Part shown: positions 35,981 to 49,761 of the stretch, one piece after another
How the letters are laid out: every line of letters begins with the position of its first letter
Position numbering within the stretch: the first letter of the stretch is position 1
NCBI RefSeq assembly: GCF_004010195.1
Contig: NC_057718.1
Location: 11,311,569 to 11,375,568, forward strand
From: Chiloscyllium plagiosum
Taxonomy: Eukaryota
Length of the DNA: 64,000 nucleotides
Reading direction: 5' to 3'
Notes under the pieces: model-generated
What the model was told of the DNA's origin: nothing
Database searches by the model: none
What the model saw: only the letters and a program-made list of their open reading frames with translations
Translations under genes and position numbers: made by a program

Positions 35981-37074
35981 CTTACTAGTATATATCAGTG
36001 CCAATCCAGCCCAGGTAACTGGGGAAGGTTAGTAGGAGGAAAGGGGGAAGTTAACCCAATGACCAAATCTGAAAATGATGACTGATGTGAAGGTGATCAC
36101 CCTGCAGTGTTCAATTATTCTGCGTTTGACTATGTGAGTCTGATAACTTATCTATGCTCACTCTGCTTGACTGATTAAGCCTGGGCGTCGGCTCAGAGGC
36201 AAAATTAAACAAACAGGATAGAAAGAGATGGAAGTTGCTGGCATATATTTCCAAGCTTTGTATAAAACCCTGTAAACAAACTCGCTGTGCTTTTAGAAGC
36301 CAGTGTCATTTCAGCATTTTTCTGAAGCTGAAAAATATATCACAGACCCCATGTAATAGTCGATGGAGGAACCAGACAACCACCAAATTGTGAAGAATTT
36401 ATGAGGAACAGAGGAGTTTAAAAAAGAACAAACAGATCACATGATTACTATGTGGTCTTTCCTTGGTTGACATGTCATTCTATATTTGATTTTCCAGGAA
36501 GAAGGGTAGTATTTCCTTATCCTACTTAGGCCTGAGTCCATGACGTTCCATGTACGCGATTATATTACAGCCTCTACAGGACAGCCTCTGTCAGTCATCA
36601 TAGCCCACATGAGTCTCCACACATTCTTCTTCCTGCCGGCCTACTAACAAGCCCAAAGACTGTCCTGTTCACCTTTGCATGAAATCTTTGCAGTAATCGG
36701 TCATGTCTCAGTACTCCATTGCTGGAGTGCCGCACTGTCGTGGGTCTCACAAGATGACATGGCACTTCCCTTTAAAAAGGCCAGTGGAACGATCGAGAGC
36801 TTTGGATGTCAAAGGCATGATGTAACCTCACCCATAAACATGACAAATGTTAGCCCAGCCCTTCATACCCACACCCCATGAACGAACAAAAGCAAAATGG
36901 AGATTTTGGAGAGTGTGTTCTCTCATAGTTCTCGGGATCACTCCTCGGTCATTGAAGATAGGGAGGCCATCGTGATGCTTTAGCTCCGGATTACTTTGAA
37001 GATAAGCAGGCCAGCTATCAAAGCAATGTCCTGCCCTGAATACATTCTGCACCTTCCAGTGGTGCTAGAAGACC

Positions 37075-37400
37075 ATTAGATCATGCGAAATAGTAACAGG
37101 AGGAGGCCATTCAGCCCCTCGAGCCTGCTGCACCATTCAGTAGGATCAGGGCCGATCCGACATTCCTCATGCCACTTTCTGACCCTTTCCCGGAAACCGT
37201 TGATTCCCAGACTGATCAAGAATCTTTCTCTCTCAGTCTTAGATACACACAAGGACACTCTACCCCAGCAGCTCTCTGTGGCAAGAAGTTCCAAAGACTC
37301 ACAACCCTCTGAGACAAGAAATTCCTCCTCATTTCTGTCTCAAACTGGACCCTCTTTATTCTGAGAGTATACCCTCTGGTCCCAGAGGACTCCACCATCT
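37075..37400 (-). mobile_element. CR1 LINE 3' end (second family)
   Basis: TRGYTLRIK...FETEMRRNFLSQRVVSLWNFLPQ. Confidence 0.88.
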
Positions 37401-37496
37401 CTGCTGTAAACTGGCTGAGCGAGTTCCCCAGGGTTGGTAAAGTCACAGTGATCGGCAGTGATGAGCACAAGTCTTGCTCTGTAAATGTCTGTCCCA

Positions 37497-38262
37497 CTGC
37501 TACCTCACACTGCCTCACGATACCTCATACTGCCTCACACTGCCTCATGCTACCTCATGCTACCTCGCATTGCCTCACGCTGCCTCACGCTGCCTCAAGC
37601 TACCTCACAAAGCCTTACGCTACCTCACAAAGCCTTACGCTACCTCACATTACCTCACATTACCTCACTCTGTCTCACACTACCTCACACCAACACACAC
37701 TAACTCATGCTGTCTCATGCTACCTCACACCACCACACGCTACCTCACGCTAACTCACGTTACCTCATGCTAACTCACGCTGCGTCACGCTACCTCACGC
37801 TATCTCGTGCTGCCTCACGCTGCGTCACGCTGCCTCACAAAGCCTCATGCTACCTCACGCTACCTCAAAGCCTCACACTGCCTCATGCTACCTCACACCG
37901 CCTCACGCTGCCTCACACTGCCTCACGCTGCCTCACACTGCCTCACGCTGCCTCACACTGCCTCACACACTAACTCATGCTGTCTCATGCTACCTCACAC
38001 CACCACACGCTACCTCACGCTAACTCACGTTACCTCATGCTAACTCATGCTGCGTCACGCTACCTCACGCTATCTCGTGCTGCCTCACGCTGCGTCACGC
38101 TGCCTCACAAAGCATGCTACCTCACGCTACCTCAGGCTACCTCAAAGCCTCACGCTGCCTCATACTGCCTCACGCTACCTCACGCTGCCTCACGCTACCT
38201 CACGCTGCCTCACGCTACCTCACGCTACCTCACGCTGCCTCACGCTGCCTCACGCTACCTTC
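37497..38262. repeat. 10-bp tandem repeat (GCT[A/G]CCTCAC)n with higher-order duplication
   Basis: Decamer phase is visible; block 37696-37843 recurs at 37966-38113. Confidence 0.95.
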
Positions 38263-40419
38263 ACTGACTTTCTGTGTGGGACCTTGATCTGAACACATCA
38301 CTGCACTGGGCAGAGACCTTTCCTACCTCTGTGGAGGCTAGAAAATGGAATGAATTTCTTCGGTGGGATCTATGTTTTTTGGAGCCTGCAAGTCATACGA
38401 ATCCGGTGGAGCGATTCTAGCCTGAGTGAGCTTCACCTCCACAGCTTACCGAACACGTGCATCGATTGCCGGTTGGCAGTGAAAACCCTGCCATATTCCT
38501 GCCACGTGCCATTCCAAGAGTAACTGCCGGGGAATTGACCGTGTTGAAAAGGCCGGTGTGTACGTGGACAAGCCCTGAGTGCCCTGAGTTGACTTGCATG
38601 GTTCCTGGACCATTGCCTTGGACATGGGAGATGGGAGATATCAGCTTTGTGAGTAAGATAGCGGCGGTGCCCAGAGACAGGATGACATACAGCCAGGATT
38701 TCATCCTCCTGCCCACAGCCCCCCACACGCCTTCGGAAGACCACAACACCAGACTGTACCAGCTTGCTCAGGGGGGCCACCCAGAGGTCTGGAGGCCCAG
38801 CCAGCTCTGTAGGAGGACGCTCAATAACCTTCTCCGTCCACCAGTCAATGGGCCGTACTAGCCCATCTCGACTTGTCCACCTCCAATGGGAGCTCCAGTG
38901 TAACCAGCACATTCATTTCCAAGCACAACGCCTTTTTAAAAACCTATTTCTCCAGCCCCACACCCACCTCTCGGGACACACGAACATCTGCTGAACAACG
39001 TGATTCAAACGTGTTTTAGTACTTTCCACTACATTCTTGCAGCTCGCATCAGACAGCCTTGGCAACCACCACACATTTCTAGAAAGGTCTTGGGGACTGC
39101 GATTGTCAGAGGAAGCTACAGATCCCATTGTGGAGGTTATGGCCGTGGGCCCAGCTCTGGAAAGGTTTATGATGTGTGACTAAACTGGGATCCCATTTCC
39201 ATGGAAACAGATCGTCTCCACTGGAGAGGCCAGGGGATTGTCACTTGACAGCTCAGCGCGATGGATGGCATGATTGAACTAACAAAGCTACTGGGACATC
39301 TTAAAAGTTGCAGCTTTATAAACTGAGTCCAGTCTTGCCACAACAAAGCTTCAGGCCTCGTAACCAAAACCACAGTGATCTTAGGACAACATGTCCCCCC
39401 GCTCTGCAGAGAAGGCATTTGAAAAAAAACACCTTGAGTTTTCATGGTACAAATGTCTCAGAAAAGTCTCGGAGCACACTGTAATTTACTTTCAAACTTG
39501 GTAACGGTTTTGTAGGTCAGACATTTTCCTGCCCAGGAGAATGAGGCCCACAATGCACTGGTTCAGCAGCAGACTCCATCACGCTCTGGAGGTGATTGAG
39601 ATCTACAGACTCTAGAACACCCTGGTCTCCCTGTTCCAACGCAACCATCACATCTCCCTTCAACGGTGCCCCTGATGATAAATGGTATCATTAAAGGGGG
39701 AAGAGACTGTATTGGAATCTGACTGGGGACAAAGAGCTAAGGAATCGAGAAACAAGTCTCAAAATAAGACAACGGAGGGAGCAGCCAGAGGTAGAAAAAA
39801 CTGATCGTAAATTCAGAAGTTGGCTGGAGTTGGGAGATAGAAGAGTACAGAATGTTAGGTAAATGAGCCAAGATGTGTCAGGATTACTGATAAACATACA
39901 AATGCATAACGCAGTGCCAAATGTTATGTGGACTAGAAGTGAGCTGCCCTTGGCATCAATAGTAGATAGAAAGAGCCTAACCGCATTGCAATCCTACTGA
40001 GGAGTTTAATCTGTTGTTGTATGAAGATGAATTAATAGAGATTGCAGTGATTAGTCAGCAGTCCCAGTGCCACATCATCTCACCATCAGAGAGAACAAGG
40101 TGAATGAAGTGAATTTTTTTTAACATTCGGCGACTCCTACGTTCTGAAAGAGAACAAGTTTCAAACCAGAGTTCGGTCTGAGATTGTCAATTCAGGCCAC
40201 TGTTTTAGTCTCAAGGGGAAAAGAGGGATTTTGGTTTTGAGATGTTTCACCGTGTGAGCAATACTCCAGGTCTTTTATCTCTGAAATGCAGTATCTGAGA
40301 TGTTGGTCAGAGCAGATACAACAATAACTTGCAAAAGGCATGAACTAGAGAAAAAAAACTCAACAGGGCAACGAGAGAGAGGGATCTAATATCAATATTT
40401 CAACTATAATAATTCTGTG

Positions 40420-41190
40420 ATAAGACCGTGAGATGTAGCAGCCCACTGCTTCAATGCCTGATCTGATAAACCTTAATGCCAGTTTCCCCGTAGCCCTAGA
40501 ATCCATTTCTGATTAAACATCTGTCTATTTCAGTCTTGAATATACTCGACAGCCCTTCTGTGGTAAAGAATTCCACAGATTCACCCCACTCAGAGTAGAA
40601 ATTCCTCCTCATCTCCATCTTCAATGGGCATCCCTTAGTCTGTGATTCTACCCTCTGGTCCTAGACTCTCTCACAAAGGGGAAACTACTGCTCGGCACCC
40701 ACCTGATAATCTTGTATATTTAACAAGCAGGAAAGTTGATGTTTCGGGCTTAAGCTCTTCATCAGGAATGTGGAGGGGAAAGGGGATGAAAGGTTTATCA
40801 TTTATCTCTCACCTCCTCCCTTCCCTCTCCGTATTCCTGATGAAGGACTTATGTCTGAAACGTCGATTCTCTTGCTCCTCGGAAGCTGACTGACCTGCTG
40901 TGCTTTTCCAGCACCGCACTTTATCGACTCTGACTCTCCAGCATCACTTTCTCCTATATTTCAATAAGGTCTTCTCTCATTCTTCTACATTTGAACAGGT
41001 ATAGGCCCAATCTACTCCACCTCAAGAGACAGTCCCTCCATCCCTGGGATTATCCCGGTGAACCTTCTCTGGATTGCCTCCAGAGCCTGTATGTCTTTCC
41101 TGAGATAAGGAGCACAAACTGTTCACAGTGATCTGTCTAAAAGCCTTGTGTAGCAAAACCTCCTAATTTTTGTGCTCCATTTCCTTTAGG
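40420..41190 (-). mobile_element. CR1 LINE 3' fragment, decayed
   Basis: aaattcctcctcatctc...accctctggtcctagactc as in 37320-37390. Confidence 0.75.
40727..40954. mobile_element. Family A fold-back element with two opposed hammerhead cores
   Basis: Minus core 40738-40765; plus core CTGATGA-A-GGAC-TTAT-GTCT-GAAA-CGTC at 40837-40864; imperfect TSD tatattt...aag. Confidence 0.85.
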
Positions 41191-42388
41191 AGTGACACGG
41201 TGGCACAGTGGTTAGCACTGCTGCCTCACTGCGTGGGTTTCCTCCGGGTGCTCCGGTTTCCTGCCACAGTCCAAAGATGTCATTTACATAAATGATTTGG
41301 ATGCGAGCAAAAGGGGTACAGTTAGTAAGTTTGCAGATGACACCAAAATTGGAGGTGTAGTGGACAGCGAAGAAGGTTACCTCAGATTACAACAGGATCT
41401 GGACCAGATGGGCCAATGGGCTGAGAAGTGGCAGGTAGAGTTTAATTCAGATAAATGCGAGGTGCTGCATTTTGGGAAAGCAAATCTGAGCAGGACTTAT
41501 ACACTTAATGGTAAGGTCCTAGGGAGTGTTGCTGAACAAAGAGACCTTGGAGTGCAGGTTCATAGCTCCTTGAAAGTGGAGTCGCAGGTAGATAGGATAG
41601 TGAAGAAGGCGTTTGGTATGCTTTCCTTTATTGGTCAGAGTATTGAGTATAGGAGTTGGGAGGTCATGTTGCGGCTGTACAGGACATTGGTTAGGCCACT
41701 GTTGGAATATTGCGTGCAATTCTGGTCTCCTTCATATCGGAAAGATGTTGTGAAACTTGAGAGGGTTCAGAAAAGATTTACAAGGATGTTGCCAGGGTTG
41801 GAGGATCTGAGCTACAGGGAGAGGCTGAACAGGCTGGGGCTGTTTTCCCTGGAGTGTCGGAGGCTGAGGGGTGACCTTATAGAGGTTTACAAAATTATGA
41901 GGGGCATGGATAGGATAAATCGGCAAAGTCTTTTCCCTGGGGTGAGGGAGTCCAGAACTAGAGGGCATAGGTTTAGGGTGAGAGGGGAAAGATATAAAAG
42001 AGACCTAAGGGGCAACTTTTTTCACACAGATGGTGGTACGTGTATGGAATGAGCTGCCAGAGGATGTGGTGGAGGCAACATTTAAGAGGCATTTGGATGG
42101 GTATATGAATAGGAAGGGTTTGGAGGGATATGGGCTGGGTGCTGGCAGGTGGGACTAGATTGGGTTGGGATATCTGGTCGACATGGACGGGTTGGACAGA
42201 AGGGTCTGTTTCTGTGCTGTACATCTCTATGATTCTATGTGCATGTCAGGTGAATTGGCCATGCTAAATTGCTCATAGCATTGGTCAGGGGGAAGTGGGT
42301 CTGGGTGGGTTACTCTTCGGAGGGTCGGTGTGGACTGGTTGGGCCGAAGGGCCTGTTTCCACACTGTAGGGAATATCATCTAATCTAA
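41190..42388 (+). mobile_element. HE1 SINE split by a CR1 insertion
   Basis: Head 41190-41280, remainder 42239-42388. Confidence 0.88.
41281..42238 (+). mobile_element. Young 5'-truncated CR1 (HER1-like) LINE
   Basis: Open 251-aa ORF 41297-42052: SKFADDTK...LQQDLD...QRDLGV...LVRPLLEYCVQFWSP...[12 protein letters not shown]; ctctatgattctatg tail. Confidence 0.96.
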
Positions 42389-43024
42389 TGTTTGAAATAA
42401 AGGCCATGAAATATAGGCCATGCTCTGTGTCACTGCAGTGATGGGAATAAATCTGAAAATGTACAGACATGTACAGGTCATTCAGCTTATAAGGTAGGCA
42501 GCTTTCTGCTCAGGGTCAATGTTGAAGGCAGCTTAAGCATAGAAGCTTTCTTGGCTGTAATTCCTCTATTTTCTCACTTTGAATGTTGGTGTTTAGTAAT
42601 AACAGATGGTGGAGGAGTTGCTGAAATGTTATCCACTGGAAAAATGTGTCCAAGAAATATTTTACTGGCTAGCTTTGCAGATTTCTAGCTTATGTATATC
42701 AAATTATGCTTCTTGACGCATGCGTATACATATTCGAGGTATTGCCGAAGGCTTTAAGGTTAAATGCTCCGCAAATAATTCTGGGAGGAGATCATTCAGA
42801 ACAATGCAGAGAGAGTGCTCAAATGTCAACAGTGTCATCTCTCAGTGAAGGCCATTAAGTTATCTGAAAGGAAAGCAGACAGTTCTGTGAAAATCTGAAC
42901 AACATTCCTTCCTCTAACTGGATGATCAGGACAGCTCAGTGATTTTCGATAAGTAAAAAAAAAAATCAAGGGTTATGGGAAAGTGGAGTTGTTTTTCAGA
43001 TCAGTCACGATTTCTAATTTGCTT

Positions 43025-43440
43025 TGATTTATTATTGTCACATACACCTAAGTACAGTGAAAAGTTTTGTTTTGCGAGCAGTACATAGTAAACAAGGACA
43101 TGCAGATCATAGGGTGCTTAGACAGAGCGAGGTATACAGGGTTACACTGCACAGGAGGTACACAAAGCAAGATCAATATTAGCAAGATCAACGTTATTTG
43201 AAGTTAGAGAGGTCCATTCAGCAGTTTAATAAGAACTGGGAAGAAGCTGTTCTTGAACCTGATGGTGCGAGTGTTCAAGCTTCTGTATCTGCTGCCTGGT
43301 GAAACATTATCGGGGTGGGAGGGGTCTTTGATGATGTTGGCAGCATTTCCGTGGCAACGGGAAGTGTAAATGGAGTCGATGGATGGGAGGTTGGCTTCTG
43401 TGATGGTCTGAGCTTTACGCACGATGTTCCACAGTTTCTT
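43025..43440 (-). mobile_element. Rex1/Babar-type LINE 3' end
   Basis: LPSIDSIY...AANIIKDPSHP...GSRYRSLNTRTIRFKNSFFP; tail gtgacaataataaaatcaaa on minus. Confidence 0.8.
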
Positions 43441-44774
43441 GTTGAACCCGATGGACCGAATGGCCTACTTCTGCTTCTACATCTTACGGTCTTGTAGTCT
43501 TGGTAGTTGAACACCTCACCATGGTTTATGGGATTTTGCTATGTAAATGATGTGTTTCTGTCTCTTGAACAATGGCAAGGAATTAATTGACCTAGAAATT
43601 CAGACACACAGTAGCCTTTATATGGGAGATTAACTAAGAAAGTCAGCGAGGATTGCCAAACCTCCTGGAATTAGAGATCAGTCTCAACAACACTGACATG
43701 AATAGCACTGAGAGAAAAAAAAATCACAAGAGTGTTCGTAAAAATGGTATTTAATTGACTACTGTTTATTACTAGATGTGAAAACATAAGAGTTGGGCAA
43801 ATATTTTTTGTTGACCATTTCTGTCAAATCAGATCCAGCTGGTGAGAAATAATCCAAGATCCAAGAGTTTATTAACCACTCAGTCTTACAGCTCCTTCCA
43901 CATAATTCTTCCTCCTTATAGATACCCAGTCAATTAAGGAACTAATTCACCCCAGACTCATGCTTATCCATTTGCCTTATTCCCCATTACTGTTTAAATA
44001 AAACCTTTGAAGACACAACCAATCGCTGAACAAACCTCATGAAAGTTAAACAAAATGAATTTTCCATATTCTAAATCCTTCCTTTCAGTATGACAAATCA
44101 GTAACGAAATTATTTCTTTTCAGATTCCATATAATAGAATAAACCTTCCATCATTCCCTCTTTCTCAAACAAAAATGTTTCATCCCCAAGAGACCGAAAC
44201 AAAAATTGATGTTCTTTCCTTGTTCTTCTGACTCCTCATTCTATCAAACATCCCTGGTCATGGATCTCCAATAATGTCTTGGAGCAAGTGCCTTTTTTTG
44301 TGGGAACGCTGGCAACTCTCATAGATTTCCAAAACAATCTTCTTTCTCAAGTTTCCTTCGTGTTAGTCAAGTTAATGCTCAACCTTTCTCAGAGCCACCA
44401 TTTGTCAAATGCACTTTGGTCCAAAGAGAACAGTAACGACATAACATTCCACTTGAATAGGATTTCCTTTAGAACTTTAATTAAACGTACTCCTATATAG
44501 CTCCAACTCGGAACGATATTTCAGCTGCTAAAGTACTTTTAACAACCACATTTATTTTCTTACCCTCCCAAGCCAGCAGACAGAATTTATTATTCTTTCC
44601 AACCAAGAATATGATAGACCTTGCTGGAATAGAACAGACATTGGGATTTAAAATGCTGTTAAAAATCAGCTTCACATCTTCTGATGCACCCAGAGCTGGA
44701 AAGTTGAGGGTATGTTTTCTCTGAATTTAGTTTCTTTAATGTTTGAATTGTCATCAGTCTTCATAAAATGACAG

Positions 44775-45088
44775 AATCTCTTCAGTGTGGAAGCAAGCCA
44801 TTCAGCCCATTGAGTCCACACCAGTGAGTATACTGTCTAGACTCACCCCCTACTTTATCCCTGTAGTCCACCTATCCAACACATCCCTACACACTAGGGG
44901 CAATTTAGCATGGCCAATTCACCTGACCTGCACATCTTTGTCTGTGGGAGGAAACTGGAGTACCCAGAGGAAACCCACGCAGAGACGGAGAGAATGTACA
45001 AACTCCACACAGACAGTCACCCGAGGCTAGAATCGAACCTGGGCCCCGAGCACTGTGAGGCAGCAGTGCTAACCACTGAGCCACCATG
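44775..45088 (-). mobile_element. HE1 SINE inside the copia relic
   Basis: Head, core and diverged tail. Confidence 0.9.
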
Positions 45089-47489
45089 ACAGTCCCAATT
45101 ACTCCACAGTTACATGTTACTTTGTCGTACTCTGTTCCAATGTGTCATAACTGTCATCAAGTCTAGTTTGAATGCACAACCAGTCCAATCAAACCTTTTA
45201 ACTGGGTGTTTCTTCCCTGGAGGCTAAATTTACTAGGCTGAGATTAAAATTTTCCAAGTAAATTGGTTGATCCAAAATTCACTCCTGACATATTCTTCTT
45301 TAAGTCTAACTTTAAAGGCCCCTAAAGCCTGACTTCAAACATTAAATTTCTTTTGTATTTTATCTATCACATGTTGCTCAAAGCCCATGGAACCTCCTCA
45401 CAGGAAAGCAATCTACATCATAAAGATGCCTGCCAGTTCCTCTTTGTGATATCATCAGAATATTGCTGTGCCTGCTTTAAGCTGAATGCAGTCAGCTGGA
45501 CCAGTCAGATGGACCATACCGTCAGTGCATCATTCAGCCCATTAACAGGCTTGTTTAGTTTCCATAATTTCCCTACTGTATGTTTGGGTGGTTTCAACAA
45601 CACTTCCCTTTGAAACCTTTCACGCTGTGCAAATGCAGCAATGGACTTATATTCTGAGGAGTATGTTGCTGAAAGAGATCTTCTAGAACAATTAATTTTA
45701 ACCTCTTGATCATGAAGTTTCTGTTTGAAACTCCAAAATAGTATTGGCTTCAGTTTTACATGCCCCAACAGGAAGCAATATTTCTGCCGTGTCCCACTGT
45801 CTGGTAAGGCTGGCTTATCTGGTATGTCTGTGTATACATCAACTTCTTTTATTGTCTCTAACTCTTTTTGTTTGGCATTTTTTATACATTCGTCCCTCAT
45901 CAGGATGGTCTCAGGGTTCCTGGAGAAAGTGGGAACTAGCTGCAGTCCCTCCTCAAGCTGGAGTGGGGAGTGGGGCTGAGAACTCATTCCTGACGGAACT
46001 TTAGAATTTGCCCCCAGTACCAATTGATACGGACCGGAGCCCCCAACCATTCACTCTGAGTTGTTGACATGGTCTGCTCAGGCCAAGGCAGCTGTGAACT
46101 TACTTCCCATTCAGTTGGTTTGCTAAGACTTTATGAACCATCTCGTCTATTACCGGAAGACTTTTTTCACATACTCCACTATGAAAGGGACATTCCATTA
46201 TTGAGTACATTTCCACCATGATCATATTTACATACATCTCTCTAAATTCATTATCGGCAAAATCCTCTCATTGCCAGTCAGTGCCCCCAATCCAGTCCCT
46301 ATCCAATTCTCCACTGCCTTATCTACTCCTGCTCTTTTCTCTATCTTATTGGAAAATAACTAAATCCAGTTGCCATGTTTATGAAATGGAAGAATAAGGT
46401 TTTTTTTCCTTTGTCTTCTGCTATCTGAGCTTTGCTAAAGTCGCTTTCTGATGGGAGATTCACTGTGGTCTGTGATGGTGCCTTCCACCATTTTTACACA
46501 AGTTTCTGATAGCTTCTCTAAGTTTACTGTGTGCCTTATTTCTTACTCTTGTACCCTTTAGCAGGATGTTTAATCTATTAGAGGATGGATGGGCAAACTA
46601 CTAATGTGGTTTTAAAATAATTTATTTTCCAACCCCTGAAGAACTTCTTAATGCTTTTATTACTACAGCTAGGTCTTGTTAACGAGAAATAGTAATGCCC
46701 AGATTGTGGAATACAAATCCACTGAATTCACCCAAAAACAATTGCATTGTCATGTCTCATGTCCAGTTTATTGAAACCTTCTTTATGGACAGTTTACTTG
46801 GTCAAGCATTTCATTTGACACAGTGTCTCTGCTAGTCATGGTCTACCCCAGCTCTGTTGCAGTGAATCACACCTTTATTGAATTTCATCACATTGTCATC
46901 CCTAAACCTGAACTCTCAAATAACTTCACCCTACTTTGGTCCTTATTAGCTAAAGGATCCAGGTAAGAATTTCATCAATCCACTCCACAGTCTATGGATT
47001 TGCATCTGCTGTCCATCACGGCACAGTTGGACGAAGGTGAAATTAAAACGTTCATTGATGGACTGAAGCTTCTTGTAACGAAAATAATTTCCTCTGCCTG
47101 ATCGGTGTCACTACCTGCCTTTTCCAAGGCTTCATATTGTGTGTCATTTCAAAATCTTGTTACTCCATTTAGGATAATTTGTTGAGTAATGGTGTTTCAT
47201 GACACATCTTGACCATACCCTGAGCATTTTGTGGTCATTCTTTTGTTAAAGTTCTCCAACCTCTGTCATTCCTGTTACAATTGCCAGACGTATTTGGATT
47301 CTCACCCCTTAGAATTCTACTTTCCACATTGCACTGATTCTCAGATTGCTGCCCCTATTGACTCCCCCTTTATGGCTGAAGACTCTATTTGAGTGGGAAT
47401 GAACATTTTCCATGGAATTTTTTCATGACTTCTAATAACTGTTCCAAAAGTGAAAACTAATCCCAATTAATAATAATAATCTATCCATG

Positions 47490-47817
47490 TTAGATTAGAT
47501 TCCCTACAATGTGGAAACAGGTCCTTCAGCCCAAGTCCACACCGACCTTCCAAAGAGTAACCCACCCAGACCCCCCATTTCCCTCTGACTAACGCACCTA
47601 ACACTATGGGCAATTTTAACATGGCCAATTCACCTGACCTGCACATCTTTAGGCTTGTAGGAGGAAACCGGAGCACCCACAGGAAGCACACGCAGACACG
47701 GGGAGAATATGCAAACTCTACACAGACAGACAGACAGACAGACAGACAGTCATCTGAGGCTGGAATTGAACCTGGTGCTGTGAGGCAGCAGTGCTAACCA
47801 CTGAGCCACCGTGCTAC
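47490..47817 (-). mobile_element. HE1 SINE with (GACA)n expansion, inside the copia relic
   Basis: Head, core, (gatta)n tail. Confidence 0.9.
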
Positions 47818-49761
47818 CAACTGTTTGACACCATAGTTCAGTCCAGTGTAAAGGTAAGTAGTGAGTTAGAAATCTATAAATAGTTTCCTTCAATCTTGAA
47901 CATAGACTGTTAAATACTATTATATATATTTTTCTGTAAAGTATCCTCCCTGATTTCTTTCTTTGTGGATCAAGTTTATCTCCTACTCAGTCTTACAGCT
48001 CCTATTGCACAATACTCCTGACTGTTCTCCCGTTATGTTATTTTGTTTCAGCAGGTATTAGCAAGTCATAGAGATTCTCCCTGAGACGGATGGTGTGATG
48101 TGGGAAATGTCCTGACTTAGCCGACCCTCCTCCATATTGAGGGGGCCACTTTATATTCTGGGAATTTGGAAGTGGAGTTGAGCCAGTCCGACTGACTCTG
48201 GGAAACACCAGTGAAGCAGGGGGAGGGTCACAGCTGCAGTGAACTGCTTGGAAAGCTCCTCCTTGGTTCTCTGGACAGGTCCAGTTGAGATTAAAAGCTG
48301 TCGACTCTCCAGTCCCGACCTCAAGTGCCAGGCCCTCCACCTCCTCTCAATGCTGTCCCCCCACCGCCCCCACCCCATGTCAGCCTATGCCTCATGTGCT
48401 ACCTCGACCAGCCACCCACTCAGTATCCCAGTACGGGTAGATCTCATGGAAAAGTGAACATAGAAATAATGTTCCAACAACCTAATGGACCCCTTGCCCA
48501 TACAGACTTGACAAAGAGAACAGAAAATTGAGGAAAGCCATTTGAAAATTTGTTTGAAAAACAAACGCATTTTTATTCAATAATTACAAAGACAGCTGAT
48601 CATTTAAGCCTCATCAAACTGTAAATTCAACATCCCTCCCCATGGGTTCAGTGCTTTTTTAAGCAATTGAAACTTAGCCAAGCATTCATCATTACATATT
48701 CTGTAAAGTCAACAATGAACTCTATTAGAACTGCACAAACAGATGGCGACAGTGACTTTTTTTTAAGAGAAGATACACCAAGATGATCTGTCATTCAGTC
48801 CAAAAGTTGATTCTTTAAATATAACTTTAATGGACAGCTCCGACTTGGATGGCTTTATCGTTCAAGGGATGGGGATTTAAATAAGATCAGATCATGATAT
48901 TTAAACAGACTTCATTCTCCCTTCAAGAACATTGAGGCCCCCTCCATAAATTCATGACTCCCACACTATGAGATAAGGCTCCTGGAACAGTGTGATAGGG
49001 ATCTGTTTGAACTCAGTGTTAATTCCAAATGACTTGTGTTTTCCAGTTGGGTGATTCATGGCTCTGGTCCCTCACCCTTGCCAATAACATGGGAGATTTT
49101 GAAATTGGGAGCATGACTTTGGCATTTGGGTCCCACCTGCCATACACAAAGGTCTTTGGACTTGGTGGGACTCCACTAAAACCCCTGGTGCATTAACTTG
49201 GTTCACTTCTCCAGGGATACTACTGAATACGGCCAGCATGTTTTTGTCCTATTTCAGATTTGCAACGCCCGCAGTGTTTTGCTTCTGTGGTTCCTGGCGT
49301 TAGTTTGCATACCAGCAGTCAGCATGCTTTAAAGTAATTTATCATCTGCGAAACACTCTAAGGGATTTTGAGCGATGTGATCAGGTGCCGTTTCAATGCA
49401 AGTCTTTCTTCTCTCCCTGTGGCTGTAAATCTATGTAAAAAAATAACTTGACACCAAAAACATCTGCTCCTTAATGTCCAGACTCTGTCTGAACACTGCG
49501 TGTAAATGCACCTTTTTAATTAACACTGCAACCATGTATCATCTCAAGCATGACGTGGCTTCAGTGCACAAAATATGGATGCTAAGCCTTGCGTCTCTGC
49601 TTCTAGACTGACTCGAGGTGTCCAAATGGGGCTGGGACTGGGTGCCAAATTCTCCCATGGAAGTGATTGAGAGGACAGGGAGAATACTCCCCGCACTCCC
49701 TACCCTACCTCCTGTCTCCTCATCCTTCCTGCTTTGCTCTTCTCAAGTTCTTGCCTTCCAG

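Larger units (their letters stand above)
36550..39650 (-). mobile_element. Decayed Ty3/Gypsy LTR retrotransposon internal region
   Basis: Minus-strand order: knuckle CLLCRAGGH (about 39390-39417), weak protease-like SVSMEMGS (about 39200), RT remnants VDKSRWAS and VHTGLF (38540-38890), integrase-proximal HDGLPIFNDRGVIPRTMREHTLQNLH (36890-36980). Confidence 0.65.
43810..48030 (-). mobile_element. Decayed Ty1/copia LTR retrotransposon (GalEa-like)
   Basis: Minus-strand order gag (about 47820-47940), PR NCAVMDSRC (about 47000-47030), IN KPH**FAHPS (about 46580-46615) and WIGTGLGA...NEFREM (about 46230-46310), RT AKQKELE...REVLLKPPK...LWKLNKPVNGLNDA (45505-45900), RNase H IIFLVG...LAWEGKKINVVVKSTLAAE (44493-44675). 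Confidence 0.85.

Noticed and set aside
37448..38292. Repetitive LTLPH/ATSRY ORFs (also C/V-rich ORFs at 32330-33856)
   Set aside because: Translations of tandem repeats.
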